64,000 bases of DNA. It comes from Savitreella phatthalungensis (lineage: Eukaryota). Below the pieces are notes generated by a model. The model saw nothing but the letters and a program-made list of their open reading frames with translations, ran no database searches and was not told the DNA's origin. Positions 45,098 through 56,700 of the stretch are shown one piece after another (positions within the stretch are counted from its first letter, which is position 1; each line of letters begins with the position of its first letter). The translations under genes were made by a program, and so were the position numbers. The stretch covers positions 124,001-188,000 of the forward strand of contig AP039701.1 in assembly GCA_051599415.1 (NCBI GenBank), in the 5' to 3' direction.

Positions 45098-46654
45098 ATG
45101 CTCAACCGTGCAAGGCAGCAGCTCTTCAAAAACTCAAACTCAGCCTTCAACGCAGCTACCCGTTCAACCGTCGCATCTGCCCCACGTCACCAACGTACCA
45201 TGGCTACAGAGACTGCACCGCCTTCAAACAAGGTGCCAGAGTACGACGAGGTGATCAAGAAAATCGCCTCCTACGTCCACAACCACAAGATCGACTCCGA
45301 CCTTGCATTCTCCACAGCCCGCTACTGTCTCATCGACACAATCGGCTGCGGTCTCGAGGCACTCCACCACAAGGAATGCACAAAGATGCTCGGACCCCTC
45401 ACCGAGGGTACCTCCGTCACCAACGGTGCAAAGGTCCCTGGAACAAAGTACGAGCTAGACCCGGTCGAGGCTGCACGCAACTTCGGCACCATGATCCGCT
45501 GGCTCGACTTCAACGACACCTGGCTCGCTGCCGAGTGGGGTCACCCCTCAGACAACCTCGGTGGTATCCTCATGGTTGCAGACTGGCTCTCCCGCCGTGG
45601 AGCCAAGTTCACCGTCCGTGACGTTCTCGAGGGCATGATCAAGGCTCACGAGATCCAGGGTGTGCTCGCGCTCGAGAACTCCTTCAACCGTGTCGGTCTC
45701 GACCACGTCCTCCTCGTCAAGGTCGCCTCCACAGCCGTCGTCTCCAAGCTCCTCGGCCTGAACGAGGCCCAGACCAGGGACGCAGTCTCCCACGCCTTCA
45801 TCGACGGACAGTCCCTCCGTACCTACCGTCACACCCCAAACACCATGTCGCGAAAGTCCTGGGCTGCAGGAGACGCCACCTCCCGCGCAGTCTACCTCGC
45901 CCACATCGTCAAGAAGGGCGAGAAGGGTCTGCCTTCCGCCTTGACCGCACCAATCTGGGGCTTCTACGACGTCCTCTTCAAGTCGAAGGAGTTTGCCTTC
46001 CAGCGTGAGTTCGGCTCGTACGTGATGGAGAACGTTCTTTTCAAGATCTCCTTCCCTGCAGAGTTCCACGCACAGACGGCTGCAGAGGCAGGTATCCTCC
46101 TCCACAACAAGCTCAAGGAGATGGGCAAGTCGACCGACGACGTCAAGTCTGTCCGCATCCGTACACAGGAGGCAGCCGTCCGCATCATCGACAAGAAGGG
46201 CGCTCTCCACAACTACGCCGACCGTGACCACTGCATCCAATACATTGCCGCAATCGGTATGATCTTTGGCCGCCTCGTCGGCGAGGACTACTCGGACGCC
46301 GTTGCCGCAGACCCACGCATCGACGCCCTGCGCGACAAGATGTTCTGCGTCGAGGACAAGACCTACTCGGCCGAGTACCTCGACCCCGAGAAGCGCTCGA
46401 TCGGTAACGCCCTCCTCGTCACCCTCAACGACGGCACCGTCCTGGACGAGATTGCAATCGACTACCCAGTCGGCCACAAGCGTCGTCGCGAAGAAGGTAT
46501 CCCCCTGCTCGAGAAGAAGTTCCTCCACCACCTCAAGGGCCACTACTCCCAGGGACGTGAGTCCAAGATCCTCGACCTCGTCCTCAACGCTCAGCGTGAG
46601 AAGCTTGAGGCCATGCCCGTCAACGAGTTTGTCGACCTCTGGGCCAAGGAATAA
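45098..46654 (+). CDS. PDH1: 2-methylcitrate dehydratase (PrpD), mitochondrial
   Basis: IRWLDFNDTWLAAEWGHPSDN, FKISFPAEFHAQTA, ADRDHCIQY; presequence from ATG 45098. Confidence 0.96.
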   Translation: MLNRARQQLFKNSNSAFNAATRSTVASAPRHQRTMATETAPPSNKVPEYDEVIKKIASYVHNHKIDSDLAFSTARYCLIDTIGCGLEALHHKECTKMLGPLTEGTSVTNGAKVPGTKYELDPVEAARNFGTMIRWLDFNDTWLAAEWGHPSDNLGGILMVADWLSRRGAKFTVRDVLEGMIKAHEIQGVLALENSFNRVGLDHVLLVKVASTAVVSKLLGLNEAQTRDAVSHAFIDGQSLRTYRHTPNTMSRKSWAAGDATSRAVYLAHIVKKGEKGLPSALTAPIWGFYDVLFKSKEFAFQREFGSYVMENVLFKISFPAEFHAQTAAEAGILLHNKLKEMGKSTDDVKSVRIRTQEAAVRIIDKKGALHNYADRDHCIQYIAAIGMIFGRLVGEDYSDAVAADPRIDALRDKMFCVEDKTYSAEYLDPEKRSIGNALLVTLNDGTVLDEIAIDYPVGHKRRREEGIPLLEKKFLHHLKGHYSQGRESKILDLVLNAQREKLEAMPVNEFVDLWAKE

Positions 46655-46786
46655 ACCTTTTCCCCTTCTCCTCTAACTCGAACACTCTCGATCCTTTCTA
46701 GAAAAAAGCAATCCATACATACATACAATCCCATCCATTAAACGAGCGTGTCTTTGTAAAATCCAGGGCGTCAATGCCGATGCTCT

Positions 46787-48322
46787 TCACCTACGTACCC
46801 CATTTGTCGCAGGTGTCTGTGAATCACCACCGTGCTGGTGGAACTTGACCAGATTCTCAATCACCGCACCGAACGTCTCTACCTGGTCTTTCAACCTGGC
46901 TTCCTCCTTCTCGAGTGCTTCCACACACAGCTTCGCGTGGCCATTCAAGTGTCCGATCAACCGCAAGTGCGCACCGCGATCGAGCGGCGGCAGAGACCTC
47001 ACAAACGTCTCTGTACTTCCACCACTCAACCGAGCTCCCACCACGTCAAACGACCCGCACACATCCTCACGCTTGCGGTCGCCGTCGCGGGCTGAGGCGA
47101 GCGAGGCTGCAGCTGCGTGAGCCTGGGTGGCGATGGAGCCTCTAGCTATGTGTGTTCTGTGGGTGGTGTGGGTGGTGTTGGTGGTTGCGCGTGGGAGGAC
47201 GAGTTTCTTGTGCTTGACGCGCGGCAGGAGGTCGTCTAAGTCGACTGGGATCCCGAGCGATACGAGGAACAGCCTGCGGATCCGAGACGTACGCCACTCA
47301 GGAGGAGACAAAGCAGGAGGCGCCATCAGCTGCCGCCACAACGAGCATGCACGATCCGTTAGCATAAACGGCCAGTCTTCCGAATCCTCCTCATCCTCCT
47401 CTCCGTCCTCCTCAGCCTCAGCAGTCTGCGTTGCAGGAGAGAATGGCGTTTTCAAGGTAGGAGAGGTCTCGGGGAACAGGCGATCAAGGTGAGCGTTCAT
47501 TGCGCCCATCATGCTCGCAGGCGATGTCAGGTCTGGGAACGGGATCGGGAGAGCGACGGGATCTAGTTCTTCAGAATGCACGCCGGCTGATGTGTCTAGT
47601 GGGTCACAGGGAGAGCCAGGAGAGCCAGTCACACTGGCTTCCTCGAACGCGTCAAAGTCATCGAAATCGCCAAACTCGTCATCGTCATCTGCTTCCTCAT
47701 TCTCGTTTTCCACGCCGCTTGCAGACACCTCGATCGTCGGAATTGCCATCGACGAGCTCTCTCCGATCACGGAGTCTCGGAGCTCAATTGATTTCCGTGG
47801 GTATGTCTCTTCAGCTATGCCGCGATCCGATGTGACACTGTTGCGTCTGCTTTGAACGTTGCTGGTCCCGGCGCTGCTGGTGCGGCGGTGGCCGACGGAT
47901 GCACCACTCCGCTTCCGCCTGTGACCGCCCGTGGATACAAGTCGACCTGAGCGCGATAGTGCGGGACTGCCTGGTGTGCTGCGAGATTCTGGACTTGTGA
48001 TTGTCGAAGGCACTCCTGTATTTGTGTCGCCATCGTCGTCACGCGTCGGCCCGGACACACTACTCCGTCGAGGTTGTCCGTCAGCATCCATGTTCGTCAA
48101 CTCATCCACAGCACTGTCGATCGCATCGGCGTTCAGCTCCTGCCGCTCCTGCACCAGCACAGGGTCAGCCAGGTCGATCGTGAATTCCTCCAGCGCCTCG
48201 TGCTCAGGTAATGTCGTCAGGCCAGCCTGCAGAGCACGCGTCACACGAGGACTAGCTGATCCAGTATTCAAAACACCATCTGAATCACTAGCGATGCCAG
48301 GGACACCAAACGCTAGCGACAT
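46787..48322 (-). CDS. Conserved fungal protein, DUF5102-like
   Basis: DDEFGDFDDF, SLWxQLxAPP..WxxSRIRRLFLVSLGIPVDLDxxLP. Confidence 0.7.
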   Translation of the reverse strand: MSLAFGVPGIASDSDGVLNTGSASPRVTRALQAGLTTLPEHEALEEFTIDLADPVLVQERQELNADAIDSAVDELTNMDADGQPRRSSVSGPTRDDDGDTNTGVPSTITSPESRSTPGSPALSRSGRLVSTGGHRRKRSGASVGHRRTSSAGTSNVQSRRNSVTSDRGIAEETYPRKSIELRDSVIGESSSMAIPTIEVSASGVENENEEADDDDEFGDFDDFDAFEEASVTGSPGSPCDPLDTSAGVHSEELDPVALPIPFPDLTSPASMMGAMNAHLDRLFPETSPTLKTPFSPATQTAEAEEDGEEDEEDSEDWPFMLTDRACSLWRQLMAPPALSPPEWRTSRIRRLFLVSLGIPVDLDDLLPRVKHKKLVLPRATTNTTHTTHRTHIARGSIATQAHAAAASLASARDGDRKREDVCGSFDVVGARLSGGSTETFVRSLPPLDRGAHLRLIGHLNGHAKLCVEALEKEEARLKDQVETFGAVIENLVKFHQHGGDSQTPATNGVRR

Positions 48323-48729
48323 GACAGCCACCTAGTTGCTCCTCCTGTCGTTGATCGCAGCCTATCGGCCTCCTTTCATCTCTGTGAGGTCCTCTGACTG
48401 AATAGAAGACCTGTGAAGCGTCTCAACTAGCTGTGATTACACCTATAGCTTTATATAGCTGCTTTAGTGAAGCCTGATGTCTGGAGTGTTGATCTTTGAG
48501 TCTTCAATGTTGTCTGTATCCTGATGATGATGGATGATCACGTACGTTGAAGGAAACAAGACAAGACAAATTGTTACACAAAAAACCAGCGAGTACGACG
48601 CGCCTTCGACTTCATCATCAACATCGTCGTCAACATCAACGTCACCATCTAGCTCATTGTCCATCTCAATAGTTCCAGAGTGTACCGAAGCTCACTATTG
48701 TATCAGGTCCGTCTCTCCTTGCTGACGAG

Positions 48730-50574
48730 ATGAGCTTCAACTTTGGCGGCGCAGCAGGCGGTGACGCCAACAAGCAGAAGCCAGCCTTCAGCTTCGGTAA
48801 CACCGCATCTACACCCGCAAGCAATCCACCGACGAGCAATCTCTTTGGCGGTGCAGGTGCAGGTGCGGGAGCAGCTGGCAGCACCACGCCAGCGGGAACA
48901 CCAGCTCCTTTCTCCTTTGGCGGAGGGAACACCGGCAACAGTTTGTTTGGAGCAAAGCCTGCAGCAGCCGGAAGCTCAACCGCAGATGCCAGCAAACCAG
49001 CCGGCGGATTTTCTTTTGGTGCTCCAGCAAGCAGCAACACTGCGGCAACTGGCACCACAGGAGCACCAGCTTCCGGAAGTCCCTTCAGCTTTGGTGGAGC
49101 AGCAAATACGCCAGCAGCTCCATCATCCACTACACCAGCATCTACGACGACGACAGCGGCACAGCCTTCAGGCTTCTCCTTTGGCAACACGGCAGCGCAG
49201 ACACCGGCTGCACCTGCACCTGCCTCTGGTGGCTTCTCTTTTGGCAAGCCCGCTGGAGCTGCATCTACAACACCAGCAGCGACGCCTGCTGCAGGTGGTT
49301 TCAGCTTCGGAGGCAGCAAGCCGGATGCCTCAAAGCCAGCCGGAGGTTTCTCTTTCGGTGGAGCAACGACTGCTCCCGCTTCAGCAGCTTCCACAACCCC
49401 TGCAACCTCTACAGATAAGCCTGCAGCGACAGGCGGGTTTTCTTTCGGTAGCACAGCACCTGCGGCCTCAGCAGCAGCAGCTCCTTCTACAACGACTCCC
49501 GCAGCATCAACCGATGCCGCCGCACCAAAGCCAGCAGGTGGATTCTCGTTCGGCAATACCACCACCGCACAACCTGGCCAGGCCAAGGCAGAAGACAAGC
49601 CTGCGGCAACGTCAGGATTCTCTTTTGGTGGTGGTGCACCAAAGGCCGACGACAAACCTGCAGCTGCAGCACCAGCTACTGCTCCTGCCACTGGTGGCTT
49701 CAGTTTCGGTGCCGCCAAGCCTGCAGACGCAAGCAAAAACACGCCATCGACGACGACAGCAACAGCAGCGGGCACTTCAGGGTTCGGCTTTGGTGCAAAA
49801 CCTGCAGACTCGTCAACCAAAACTCCAGCTGCCGGCACATCAGCGCCAACCAACTTCTCAACCTCTGTGTCTGTATCGGCACCTGCGCCGCCTAGCATGA
49901 AGAACAAGACGATGGAAGAACTGATCAACCGGTGGTCGTCTGACTTGGACAAGTACTCGCGCGATTTCCAGAAGCAGGCTTCGCAGATCTCTGGATGGGA
50001 CCAACGTCTTCTCGCCTCTGGCGACCAGATCTCGCGACTGTACGGTGCGTGCGCCGAGGCCGAGCAGCAATCACACAAGGTCGACCAGGCGCTTCTGTAC
50101 GTTGAGTCTCAGCAGGATGAGCTTTCTGCGCTCCTGGACACTTACGAGTCTCAGGTCAAGGAGGCCCATTCTGAGCTCGTCGGCAGCGGATCTGGCACGC
50201 CGATGAGCCAGCTCCAGCCTGCCGACCAGGAGCGAGAGCGGTCTTACAGCCTTGCAGAGCAACTGCTCAAGGACCTCGATGGCACGGGCACCCAGCTGGA
50301 TGAGATCGTCAAGGAGATCAACACTGCAGCACGCACACTCCAGCGGACCAAGCAGGACGATCCCCTCACACACATCGTTGCGATCCTCAACAACCACATG
50401 CACGCGCTCTCAAACATCGACAGCACCGCCAACAGACTCCAGGACAAGATCACCCATCTCCAGGCAAACACCCTCCACGCCAGAGACTCGACCGCCTTCC
50501 ACGGCGATCTCAGCTCAGCATCGATCCGAACACCGAACGGTCGATCTCGATTTGGTGGTCTGCGGTTAGATTGA
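48730..50574 (+). CDS. NSP1: FG nucleoporin Nsp1
   Basis: About a dozen FSFG repeats; Nsp1_C coiled coil (KNKTMEELINRW, ADQERERSY, ILNNH). Confidence 0.96.
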   Translation: MSFNFGGAAGGDANKQKPAFSFGNTASTPASNPPTSNLFGGAGAGAGAAGSTTPAGTPAPFSFGGGNTGNSLFGAKPAAAGSSTADASKPAGGFSFGAPASSNTAATGTTGAPASGSPFSFGGAANTPAAPSSTTPASTTTTAAQPSGFSFGNTAAQTPAAPAPASGGFSFGKPAGAASTTPAATPAAGGFSFGGSKPDASKPAGGFSFGGATTAPASAASTTPATSTDKPAATGGFSFGSTAPAASAAAAPSTTTPAASTDAAAPKPAGGFSFGNTTTAQPGQAKAEDKPAATSGFSFGGGAPKADDKPAAAAPATAPATGGFSFGAAKPADASKNTPSTTTATAAGTSGFGFGAKPADSSTKTPAAGTSAPTNFSTSVSVSAPAPPSMKNKTMEELINRWSSDLDKYSRDFQKQASQISGWDQRLLASGDQISRLYGACAEAEQQSHKVDQALLYVESQQDELSALLDTYESQVKEAHSELVGSGSGTPMSQLQPADQERERSYSLAEQLLKDLDGTGTQLDEIVKEINTAARTLQRTKQDDPLTHIVAILNNHMHALSNIDSTANRLQDKITHLQANTLHARDSTAFHGDLSSASIRTPNGRSRFGGLRLD

Positions 50575-50595
50575 GATACCTGATTGATAGTAGTA

Positions 50596-51591
50596 CTACA
50601 GAGGTTTGAACTTTCTTTGTTGTTTGAGTTGGTCGATTTTCTTCTTGTCGAGTTCGAATTTGGCTCTTAGGTCTGATTGCTTTTGTGCTCTGTCATGCTG
50701 TCTCCTGAACCTGTACAGGTCTGCTGCGATACCTCTCTGGGCTGCTGCTGCCTTCTGCGCCTGTGCCTTGGCTTCAGCGACCTTGCCCACACCGGCTCTG
50801 CCACCACGCGTCACAGTCACAAACCCGTCGGCATCGGCCTCCGTACGCATCATCTTCTGCCGCTTCCGGCGCAATCCAACCTCAGCATCGTACAGCTCAA
50901 GCGTAGCGTCACACGCCCTCTGCAACGCACCACGATCAGGGTACCGCGATCGCCGTAGAAACATCTCATACCGCGCCCGTCCGTACAGCGGGACGGCATC
51001 GTCGCCAGCGTCATCTGCATTGTCAGTCGATGTGCCGACGGATCGTTTGGCGGGTGTTGGGGTTAGGGATTCCCAGTCGATCTCGAGCGGTTTGTGCTTT
51101 CTCGCTTTGAGGGTTCGCAGGATTCTGGTGCGTTCCTGTGGCTCGAGCAGTGTGATGTGTGCAGTGGCGCCGGATGGGTGAAGGTCGATGTTGAATCCGC
51201 CGTTGGCTGGCCAGGGTGATGGGAGGTTCGAGAGATTTTTCAATCTACGGATCTCCTTCGACATGCTCTCGTCCTCGACACCGTCAAGCTCGGTCAGCTG
51301 CATCGCGGCAATGTCGTCCAGCGACGCATCCGCCTCAGACCGTCGCGCACCGTGGAAGCGGACGTGCTCCAATCGAGCACCGTCACCGAGCCGCGAGAAT
51401 AGCGTCCGCAGCTGTGTGCGAGAACAGTCCACAGGGATGTTGACTAGGAACAAAGTCCGTTCTGCAATCTCCTCCTCAGAAGCGTTCTTGCCCACGTGAG
51501 CTCGCACGAAGAGTGAGTGAAGGACGCCATCCGGGAAGAGCGTCGTCGGAGGCATCCGTAATCGGATCTCGTCAAAGTCCGACAGACCCAT
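50596..51591 (-). CDS. RRP7: Ribosomal RNA processing protein 7
   Basis: HxLFVRxH, RTLFLVNIPVD, DADGFVTVTRGGR, YRF, F..DKKKI..RKFKP. Confidence 0.92.
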   Translation of the reverse strand: MGLSDFDEIRLRMPPTTLFPDGVLHSLFVRAHVGKNASEEEIAERTLFLVNIPVDCSRTQLRTLFSRLGDGARLEHVRFHGARRSEADASLDDIAAMQLTELDGVEDESMSKEIRRLKNLSNLPSPWPANGGFNIDLHPSGATAHITLLEPQERTRILRTLKARKHKPLEIDWESLTPTPAKRSVGTSTDNADDAGDDAVPLYGRARYEMFLRRSRYPDRGALQRACDATLELYDAEVGLRRKRQKMMRTEADADGFVTVTRGGRAGVGKVAEAKAQAQKAAAAQRGIAADLYRFRRQHDRAQKQSDLRAKFELDKKKIDQLKQQRKFKPL

Positions 51592-51738
51592 TGGAGAGTG
51601 GACTCGGAGACCCTGGCTAGGTTGCTTCGAGTTGAAGGGTGAATGACCGACCTTATGGAGTATGTGCCTTGACCTGAGTCTGCAGAGGAAGATGATCATT
51701 TCAGATCAAATATCGATTTCACTAGGTCTAAGGGTGAT

Positions 51739-51750
51739 GGTCACGTGACC
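51739..51750. promoter_or_regulatory. 12-bp palindrome GGTCACGTGACC (bHLH E-box) upstream of RRP7
   Basis: Perfect palindrome containing RTCACGTG. Confidence 0.45.
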
Positions 51751-51819
51751 TGCCTGAGTGCTTCTGAGGAGGTATCACTGAGTACATGCATCGATGCATC
51801 CACATGGAAGGCTGTCAGG

Positions 51820-52200
51820 TCAAGAGTCGTAGTTGTCAGTGTTGACGAGAGTCACTGGTGATGCTGATTCTCTCTGTTGGTTCTCTTGTTCGTTGGAGAG
51901 TCGCTGTAAAGCCTTGCCCAGATCACCTGCCCAGATCTGCCTGAATTCCTGGCTGATTTGGGTCAGAAGTTCCTGAGCCGTGGCAAAGGCAGGAACTTTA
52001 CGCTGTGTAGAAGACTCCTCTCTAGCATTACTGATCGATGCAGCTCTCCAGCCGTCATCGTCAACAGTGACTGTATAGAGAGCTCCTTCAGGTGTGGTTA
52101 TCTGGAGACTATGATTCTCGGATCGCTTGCATGATTGTAGGTATTGTTGAAACTCACTGATGAATGCGTCTAGCTCTTCAGCACGAGTGTTCTCTAGCAT
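51820..52200 (-). CDS. GSKIP (DUF727)-like small protein
   Basis: ITTxEG-x-YxVxVxxxGW ... TxxxLLxxISxxFRxxWxxxLxxxLxxL resembles the GSKIP domain. Confidence 0.65.
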   Translation of the reverse strand: MLENTRAEELDAFISEFQQYLQSCKRSENHSLQITTPEGALYTVTVDDDGWRAASISNAREESSTQRKVPAFATAQELLTQISQEFRQIWAGDLGKALQRLSNEQENQQRESASPVTLVNTDNYDS

Positions 52201-52774
52201 GATGTAGACTCATTGACCAAGAGTATACTCATATGACTCCCAAGGGTCTGTCTGGGTGAGGGGATGTTGGCAGTGAACATTTGATCGAATGAATTGTGTG
52301 CATCTGAGATGAAGTTAGGATAGTCAGTATAAGCACGTGTAAACTTTACAACGCCCTACACGGGATTGAATCATCGGGATAATTCGAGATCTGACTTCTA
52401 AATTGAATTACATATAGGTGTAATGTATATAAATTTTATAGAATGATTGTAGATCTTCCGCACAATGACGAATTAGTTAATTTCACGGGCAGATTTGATT
52501 AAGTATATATAATTAAGCTTTCAAGAACTCTAGCTTCAACAGCATTTATTTGATTATGCATGATTAGCTAGATGTGCGTATGTAGATATGGTTTCAACTA
52601 ACCTCCCACGCGGTCCAATCAATCAATCAGGAAACATGTGGAGCATTGAAAATCCGGGGTACTCTCTATAGACACTATAACACAAACCATATCACCCCTG
52701 CACAATCCCACCTACCTCTCTATTCACACACACACATTTCTTCATCAGCGCTGTTCAAGTCTCTCTGCTGATCG

Positions 52775-53704
52775 ATGAATCTGCTGAATCGGCAGCAGGA
52801 CGAGATTCGCTCGAAATGGCGTGTCCAATCATCTCGACCTACTGTTGCGGACGGAAGCGTTGATTCCTCTGGGAGCGGTGGTGTCGAAGTGATCTGCGCT
52901 GGGTTGCCTCGTACAGGGACTTCGTCGATGGTTGAAGGGCTTCACGAGCTGGGGTATGGGCCTGTGTACCACATGGCTCAGCACTTCAGTGACGGTTGGC
53001 GAAGCGAGGTGCTCGAACGAGCATTCGATCGTGATCTCTCTGACATGGACTACCTGAATGTTCCTCGGTCTCGCACTCGGATCGCCATCCGCTCCTTCTT
53101 CGCTGGCTTCAGGGCGACGACTGACACGCCGACGTGCGATATGCTTGTACAACTGATGCGGGCGTTCCCTGACGCCAAGGTCGTCCTCACCTCTCGCAAG
53201 ACGAACGAGGCTTGGTGGAAGTCGTTTGAGGATACTGTCGAGGTGATTTGCAGACCTTCTGGCTGGTGGGGGAATGTGCACTACTGGTGTGTGTGGTTGA
53301 ATCCGACGCTGCGCAAGCAGAGCGCCTTGTCACAGGCGATTGCCAGGTACTGGCGCCGCAGGTGGGGCGAATACGGTCCCGGTGCACACGACAAGCACAA
53401 CGCCTGGGTCAGATCCGTTGTTCCAAAGGAGAAGTTGCTCGAGTTTGACCTTGCTGGGGGATACCCAGTCCTTTGTGACTTTCTCGGCAAGCCCGTACCA
53501 AAGGACGAAAACGGCAATGTCAAATCCTTCCCCCACGTCAACGACACAAAGTCACTCCAGCGCATCATCCTATTGCTTCAGGTAGCAGGACTCGTTCAGT
53601 GGGCCTTATTGTTTGGTGGAGTATTCTCTGCAGTGATTTACCGACGGTGGATAGTCGGACAGCTGATGAAGTTAGGTCGTCGGTTGAGGGAGACTGTGCG
53701 ATAG
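52775..53704 (+). CDS. P-loop sulfotransferase-like protein (Sulfotransfer_4 type) with C-terminal TM
   Basis: VICAGLPRTGTSS, YHM, FPDAKVVL, VPKEKLLEF, LCDFLGKPVP, FPHVND. Confidence 0.85.
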   Translation: MNLLNRQQDEIRSKWRVQSSRPTVADGSVDSSGSGGVEVICAGLPRTGTSSMVEGLHELGYGPVYHMAQHFSDGWRSEVLERAFDRDLSDMDYLNVPRSRTRIAIRSFFAGFRATTDTPTCDMLVQLMRAFPDAKVVLTSRKTNEAWWKSFEDTVEVICRPSGWWGNVHYWCVWLNPTLRKQSALSQAIARYWRRRWGEYGPGAHDKHNAWVRSVVPKEKLLEFDLAGGYPVLCDFLGKPVPKDENGNVKSFPHVNDTKSLQRIILLLQVAGLVQWALLFGGVFSAVIYRRWIVGQLMKLGRRLRETVR

Positions 53705-53726
53705 TATTGATATGATAGGTTATGAT

Positions 53727-56700
53727 TCACAATTCACGCCACTTGCCGAGCCGCTCCCAGTCTTCTAGCATTCGTCGCCACATCGCCCGTCGAGACGTGT
53801 CGAGCGCAGCGGCAGTGGTGTCGCGCTCGTGCTGCGACGAGATTGCCAGAGCAGACCACAGCACGCCTTCCCTTGTCACTTCCCTTGCAACTCTCAGCGC
53901 TTCAATCGTCGCTGGCCTGTTCGCGTCGTTCATCGCTTTCCGCTGCAACGCGTCCGTATACTCAAGTCCCTCCATAGCATCGAAGTGCGCAAGTGAAGAT
54001 TTTACGGGCGCAAGCACTCGACCGGCGTCGTACGTAAGGTAAACAAATTCGATGAACAGTGGCGGGAGATGCTTGGCTAGAGCTCTATCGAACGCGCTCG
54101 CTAGTGTGACTGCAGCTTTCTTGTCTGTGGCTGCAACCGGCGCCGAGGATGACGACGACGACGACGACGACGATGCCGTAGCTCGCCTGCCTGATGTGAC
54201 AAAGGTCGACCACAGCCGACTCAATTGATCTGCGGATTTGCGAGAAGGCCAGACCTCCTTTGATAGCTCGATTTTGAAAGACCGTGAGAGGAGTGCACTG
54301 GCCAGTCGGCAGAAGAGGTGAATGACGATGTGTAGCCTGTTGCGGAGGAACAAACCGAGATGTTCGAAAACAGCACGCAGCAGCTGGCAGGTCGACAAAT
54401 ACACGGCCTCGAGCTCCTCAGAAGTGGCAGCGTCGAGTAGAAGAGCTTCTTGAGGTGATGCATCCGTGATGGCAGCCAAGATCGACCCGACAGCAACACA
54501 GACATCGTCAACGTGACTCTGCCGGAGGACGCGGTGGTGGCGATCGAGCATGACATGCAGGAAAGCATGCTGCTGGCGCCACTGACGGGTGATCGGGGCC
54601 ATGTCGATCTGGTTGCAAGTGCCCACGAAACACGGCAGCAAATATCGTGTGCTTTCCATCTCGATAGTCGAGAGGGCAGTGGCAAGATGTAGCCACGTAT
54701 CGGACGGTGTGGACGGCCACGAGCCCACCAAAACCTCACGAGTCTCGCGTGACATTGTCGAGACGACGCCATGCGCGAAGAAAGACAGAGTATCGTCACT
54801 AAGCGACTTTGCCTCGACAAGTGAAATGGTCTGGAGCGCTTCTCTGTCGTCAAGCGCCAGCATGCCAAGTAGTCTCGCCGCTTGCAACTCGATTCCGGTC
54901 TCTGTATGTGCTCGATCTAGCGTGTTTGCCAGCTTGTCGAGCAGGCCACCAAGAAGATCAGAGGATTCAAGCTTACTTCTTGTACCGACAGGATCCAATT
55001 GCACGATCGTGTTCAGCGTTTCGAGAGTGTCTGATGATTCAATAGACTGCGTATTTGCCGCAGTGAGGAACCGGTCACAGATGGAGCTCCACGATTGGCG
55101 CTCCCGGTACTCTGCTGGTAACTTCGGCAGAAGCATTCTTTGCATAGCGATTGGAGCGTCCTCCGCACAAGCGAGCTGGAAGATCTGATCGTCCACCGGC
55201 AGTAGATAGTTCAGGTATGCATCTAACAGGGCGTGAGTGAGCTTTGAAGACGATGGCTCGACGAGGCGCATCCAAAGGCTGATTAGCCATTCGTGGATAT
55301 CCGCGCCTTCAGTCTTGGCGAAAATTCCTGCGCGTGCGAATCGTAGAAGGAGACGTGCGATGAGCGCTTGATCGTCGCGACGCTCTTGGCTGATTGCGAG
55401 CAACGAGCTGACGATGCGGTGGCGCATAGCTTTATGGTACCACTCTGCTGGGACGTTGATGAGGGTCTCAAGACCTCCTGACTGCGCTGACGCGACTAGA
55501 GCATCTTGAAGTGGCATGAAGAGCGCGTCGCACTCGAGCAGTGCAGGAGATGCTTGCAGATCGTGTTCAATACATGTACTGATGAAGCTGGGTTTCTGAG
55601 AATCCGACATCAGAGGGACGATGACCGGCAGGAACCTTTCGATCAAGGTCTTGCAGAAGAAGATGTCATGTTCTGCTTCGCGAAGCACCTTCGTCATCTC
55701 GAGTTTCTCTAGCGTCTGACCAAGCTCTGCGAGACGCAGAAGTGCCTGAAGATGTGCTGATGATGCCTGCGTTTTCTTTGTAGCTGTCCACGGTCGGTGC
55801 GGAGCTTGGACGAGGGAGTTGTAAATGAGTTCGAGTCTGGACGCTGCTTGTGCAGCTGGTGTGCCCGGAACCACGTCGGCGCACACTTGCGCAAGTGCAG
55901 ACCCAAATGACTCGAGCTTGGCTGAGCCGTACGAAAAGCTACTGATCGCCGGGGAGAGCAATTCGTACGCCAGACGCTTCTCTGGGCCAAGCGTCGCACA
56001 ATCGATTAGTTGACGTAGTGCATCCGTGCGAGTTGCTTCGGTTGCCTTCGCAAGCTCGCTCGAGAGAAGTCTATGCAGCAGCAGATTTGGAGTGCTTCTG
56101 ACTGGATGAGCCATTCCAAAGGCTCGCAGAAAGTCTGGCAATGCTCGGATCGAGATATGTGCTCTGGCGAGCTCGACTTCGAACAGCTCGATGTCAACTT
56201 GATCGTGATTTCCTGCAAGCGACTGAGCAAGCCGCACGAGGAAGTCGACCTGAGACGGGAGGAGCACGTCAGGATCGAGAAGTAGAAGAGCTCTCGAAGC
56301 TTGCAGCTTGAGGTTTTCATCGTGACAATTCACGAGAATCTCGACGAGTTCTATTTCAGCTTCTCGGACGCGTTCGTTATTGCCTGGGGTGAGGAACCGT
56401 GACGATGAGACAGAACCGACGGTAGCAGCGAGTTGGATGAGCACGTGGAGCTTGTCCACTCCTGTAGCGAGCTGTGTCCAGGTCAGGAGGAGTGAATGCC
56501 AGACCTGAATGGTCTTCGTGACAGAGAGGTCCAGGTTATTGGCAGCTTCGAAGCACACACGACTGAGATTCGATATAGCCATGTGACCTGCATGGTCTTT
56601 CAGGAGGGTATACAGGTCGAGCTGTTTTGTGTTCTGACTTGGTTGACTGCCTGCACATGCTTCCTCGAGGATGTCAGGACTGAAGAGAGTGGCCTGCAGA

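Noticed and set aside
45548..46543. 331-aa antisense ORF over PrpD
   Set aside because: Shadow ORF from strong codon bias of a highly expressed gene; the same applies to 5736-6230 over RPL28
48730..49810. Regularly spaced short DNA repeats resembling a CRISPR array
   Set aside because: They are FSFG-encoding repeats with synonymous variation inside an open frame
48666..50078. 470-aa antisense and 385-aa alternate-frame ORFs over NSP1
   Set aside because: Explained by stop-poor Ala/Pro/Thr/Gly FG-repeat coding sequence
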